Assembly (NCBI RefSeq): GCF_048593235.1
Contig: NC_133617.1
Coordinates: 137,786,937-137,850,936 of the forward strand
DNA: 64,000 nt
Origin: Sminthopsis crassicaudata
Lineage: Eukaryota
Direction of reading: 5' to 3'
Shown: in pieces, positions 59,949 to 64,000 of the stretch
Numbering within the stretch: position 1 is the first letter of the stretch
Layout of the letters: each line of letters opens with the position of its first letter
Notes under the pieces: generated by a model
The model's database searches: none
What the model saw: only the letters and a program-made list of their open reading frames with translations
What the model was told of the DNA's origin: nothing
Translations under genes and position numbers: made by a program

Positions 59949-62029
59949 GAAAGAAGAGACTAAGACAGAGAAACAGACAGAGAAAAGAAAAGAGAGGAGA
60001 GAGAAAGAAAAAGAGAGAGAAAGAGATATTCAGGGAGATAAAGAAACTAGGGAGAAAGGAAGAGGTGAGGAGAGGAGATGGAAAGAAAGGGAGAGAGACT
60101 GGAGGATGGGGAAGAAGGGGAAAGACACTGCAAAGGATAAGTTGTGCCAGTGAGCAGAAAGTAGAAATTCATAATTAACTCTTCCTTATTCTAAATTCAG
60201 GAAAGATTTAAGTGACTTCCGAGGCTACAATCTTTTCCCCACCTACGATGCTTGATGGCTAAAGAACAGCATTAAAATAATGTAGATAGAGCATAAAGCA
60301 TAGGACCTCCTGTTTAAAAAGTTGTATATTTAAATTCTATCCCAAGGATGAACTTTGTGATCTTAGGCAAGACATTTCACCACTTAGGATCTACATATAT
60401 AAAAAGAAGATAATGATAACTCCCCTATTTCAGTGTTGAATGGGAAAGGGGATTTATGTTTGTAAGGAGGCACCAAAGAACCCAGGTAGCTCAGGGATAG
60501 CATTAGGAAAAGAAGCAGCATGCCAATGGATGACAGAAAATCATTTCTCAGAAGCTAGAGCCAAGCTGAGTGCAATATTTGTGGGAATCTCTCTTTTTTG
60601 ATCATCAGTGAAACAGCTAATCAATTCGATTTCCAACTAGTATTAGTGAGGGTCCAAAGGGCACAGCCCTTTCCTAGCTATTGCTAGAGAACACTAAGAA
60701 GCATGAGATGTCATCCCTACTCCCAAGGAAAGCACAGCCTTTTTAGGGGAATAAGATTTAGTTTTAATGTCCCCCAGAAACAAAAATCTTCTTAATGCTA
60801 GTATTCTCCCGGTGCTCAATGATTGTAAGACATATGGAATACTATAGTCTCTGAGGAACTGAAAATGAGAATCACTCAGAGGACAATGGAAAAAAAAACT
60901 TATAAGAGCAGTCTGTAACAGTGCAAATAAGGAATTATATCAGATAATTGGAATAGCATATGTTATCCACAAATGGCTTTTGAATGAAACAGAAGATGGA
61001 TTGATTGACTACAAGACAGAACAGATGCATAATCAATGGACAGACATCCTGGAAACTTCACTGGTATCTTTTTTTTTTAAGGTTCTGAGGCTGAATTTGA
61101 ACTCAGATCCTCATGACTTTAGGTCTGGTGCTCTATCCACTGTGCCATCCACTCCAGCTGATATCCTTCTGATATAGAGCAAGGAAGGCCTGCGGCATAT
61201 GGGATGACTCTCCTGTGGTGAATTTATGGAAAACACAGGATGGAATATAAAATCCTCTGTTTGGTATTTAATGCCCATCAGCTGGCCCCTTCCTACCTTT
61301 CTGGTCTTCTTATACCTCATTCAGCCTGGCACACTTGGTGAACCGATGGTGGTCTCTTCACTATTCCTCCCAGAAGATGTTCCTATTCCTGACTCTCTGA
61401 TCACTCCTGGCTTCTTTCCAGTCTCACCTGAAATTCCACCTTTTGCAAGAAGTCTTTCCCGCTCTCCCTGGGCCAGTTCCTACTTTCCCTCTGAGAGTAT
61501 CACCAGTTTATTGTCAGAAGTGCACTGGTAAACTCCTTCAAGACAGGGTCCTAGCACTTAGGAATACAAAGAAAGACATGGTAGTTGCATCAGTGAAATG
61601 GACACTTGTTTAAAAAGGTCAAGATTTCCCATTGAATTCAGGGCCATTTCAAGTCATCTCTCTCTGTGTTTTGCCACTGGAGCCGGAGGAGAAAGTGAGA
61701 CTGGTCACTTTGCACTGATGACTCTTCCTTCCTCCCTTAACTTTCATCTCTTGGTAGGTAGCACCTCTCTGATGTTGAAGTCATCTTTAAGGACAGAGGA
61801 CAAACAATAACAAAGAATTTAAGGACTTACAAATTACTAATAACTTGATTTAATAAGATGGTCAGGACTGGTTGAGATCTCTATCTTTGTTACTCTTACT
61901 TATCTCAGATCCATTGGAGTAAATGATAAATTTAGAATTGTAAGGGACCTCAAAGGTAATAATCTCTCACTCATTTTATGGAAAAGGAAATAAAGGCCTG
62001 AAGAGATGAGGGGTAAAATAGGTAGTAAT

Positions 62030-62290
62030 GTAGGCAGCTCGATGGTTCAGTGGACAGAGCACTGAGTCTGGAGTCAGGAAGACTCATCATCCTGTCCACA
62101 TCTGGCCTCAGACACTAGCTGGGTGACCCTGGGTTCTAAGACACTTAACCCTGTTTGCCTCAATCTCCTTATCTGTAAAATGAACTGGAGAAGAAATATT
62201 CAACCTTCACTTCAGTATCTTTGCCAAGAAAATCCCCAAATGGCATTCTGAAGAGTCAGACATGACTGAAAGCAACTAAATGACAAAATA
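62030..62290 (+). mobile_element. MAR1 SINE, near full length
   Basis: ggcagctcgatggttcagtggacagagcac...gtatctttgccaagaaaatccccaaatgg...gagtcagacatgactgaa. Confidence 0.85.
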
Positions 62291-62704
62291 AGTAGTAAAT
62301 GGTGGAAATGGAATTCAGACTGGGTTCCCCCAATTCCAATTCTTTTCACCATAACCATGGTGAGATGTGGACGCATGAGATAAGCAGGTATGAAACAACC
62401 TCAGTTCCACAATCATCCCCTCAAACAAGTATACAATAAAATGCCAAACTGGATGTAATGGAGGACAAAATCCTAGCACAAACTTCTAGCAAAGCACAGT
62501 ATTTTTGTTTCCAGGAGATAGTGGTCAGAAATGCCAGATTCATCCCACCTCATAGAAAATGCCAATAATAATAATAATAAAGATTTTTTCCAGGTCCCCA
62601 GCATTGGATTTCCATAAGGTAAATAATACATACCAGTATTTGAATTTGAACTGGATGAAAATCAGAAACAATGAAAGTAGATTGAAATAGGATCTTAGTG
62701 GGAT

Positions 62705-62890
62705 GATGCTGTTCAATTGTTTAATCATGTTTGATTCTTCACGACTCCATTTGGGGTTTTCTTGGCAAAGACACTGGAGTGGTTTACTACTTCCTTCTTT
62801 AGTTTATTTTACAGATGAGAAAACTGAGACAAATAGGGTTGAGTGACTTGTGTAGGATCATACAGTTATTGAGTATCTGAGGCTGGATTT
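62705..62890 (-). mobile_element. MAR1 SINE (partial)
   Basis: gctgttcaattg...tttggggttttcttggcaaagacactggagtgg...tacagatgagaaaactgag. Confidence 0.8.
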
Positions 62891-63169
62891 GAATAAGACA
62901 TGCAGGCAAGTAACCCAGGGAATCATAGGATTTAGAGCTGAAAAGGATTTTAGAGATCTAATCCCATCATATTACTTCAAAAATTAAGCAAATAAATCCC
63001 CAAAGAAGCAAGTTGTCCAAAGTCACATGGGGTGGTAACTAAGAGTTAGGATGTGAATCCAAGGATTCAGATTCTAAATCCAATTCTGTCTCTTGCCTAT
63101 TAGCAATGCTGCTGCGATCCTGCCTGGACCAAGAAGATATGAGTTGCAAATGTGTGGTGGTAATAATAA

Positions 63170-63950
63170 TTTTAAAATATATATTATTTTATTTTTGCCC
63201 CCGTTACATGTCAAAAAAATTTTAGCATTCATTTTTTAAAAATTTAAGTTTATTTTAGGTTATACATATAGTACTCTTTTTTGCATATTTCCATATGAAT
63301 CATATTGGGAGAGAAAAATCAGAACCAAAAAAAAAATTGTGGAAAACCACAAGATTAAAAGAAGGGCTGATCCACATTCAATCTCCATAGTTCTCCCTCT
63401 GTTTGTGGATGGCATTTTCTATCTAAAGTTTATTGGAATTGCCTTGGAAAGCTGATTTGCTGGGAAGAACCAAATATATCATAATTGATAAATCACACAA
63501 TCTTGTTGCTATGTTTTCCTGGCTTAGCTTTTTAGCATTCATTTTTGCAAGATTTTGAATTCCCTTTCTTCTTCCCCTTCTCTTTTCTGAAAATGATAGG
63601 CAATTCTATATAGTCTATTCATGTGCTATCATGTAAAACATATTTCCATATTAGTCACAACTGTAAAAGAAGAAATGGATCAAAAAGAAAAAAAAACACC
63701 AGAAAAGAATACAGTAAGTGAAAAAATGTGCTTCCATCTGCATTTAGTCCTTTATCTGGCTGTGGGTTAATTTTTCCTTCATGAGTCCTTTGTACTTTAT
63801 TGGCTCATTGTGTTGTTGAGAAGAGCTGAGTCAATCCTAGTTGATCATCACACAATGTTGCTGATACAGTATACAATATTTTCCTGGTTCTGCTCATTTT
63901 ACTTTGCATCAGTTCATGCAAGTCTTATCCAGATTTTTCTGAAAACTGCC
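63170..63950 (-). mobile_element. Two abutting L1 3' fragments
   Basis: Antisense L1 UTR motifs repeated (gatccacattcaatctccatagttct; gttgatcatcacacaatgttgct). Confidence 0.7.
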
Positions 63951-64000
63951 TGTGTAGTCACAATAATGTTGCTCTGTGATCTAGGAGCCCTCTGAGACCT

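Noticed and set aside
59092-60178. Three long ORFs of 265-353 aa
   Set aside because: Artefacts of the N gap plus a GA-rich tract.
10720-64000. Hypothesis that this is the NEAT1/MALAT1 locus
   Set aside because: No U-rich/A-rich triple-helix motif or adjacent tRNA-like element was found on either strand, and no resemblance to the recalled 5' sequences.

Overview
This is repeat-dense marsupial genomic DNA, most likely an Australian marsupial such as a dasyurid. The taxon call rests on young WSINE1-like SINEs with intact TSDs, MAR1 CORE-SINEs, BovB/RTE LINEs and marsupial-type L1 3' ends. I recognise no host protein-coding exon. The long ORFs in the track are artefacts of N-gaps, low-complexity DNA, CpG islands or repeats, or are transposon remnants. 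Main structures: (1) a decayed, internally deleted class I (gamma-like) ERV at 3712-9394, inserted into a MAR1 SINE, with a 4-bp TSD, a probable tRNA-Ile PBS, and RT/RNase H and env-TM remnants, plus three further LTR pieces nearby; (2) two CpG islands (~10.7-11.7 kb and ~16.2-18.0 kb) carrying CTCF-like, CRE, YY1-like, AP-1/ARE and G4 motifs and plus-strand splice donors; (3) further GC/CpG-rich unique segments at ~46-47 kb and ~55-59 kb with candidate splice sites; (4) many L1, L2, L3/CR1, RTE/BovB, MIR and MAR1 remnants, including two L1s inserted at essentially the same target site, one with a twin-priming inversion; (5) a 771-bp assembly gap. The window looks like a regulatory region, or the 5' non-coding part of an unidentified gene or lncRNA. 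I found no convincing new biological system; the findings are testable leads. Repeat family names come from recalled consensus similarity, not a database search, and many repeat boundaries are approximate.
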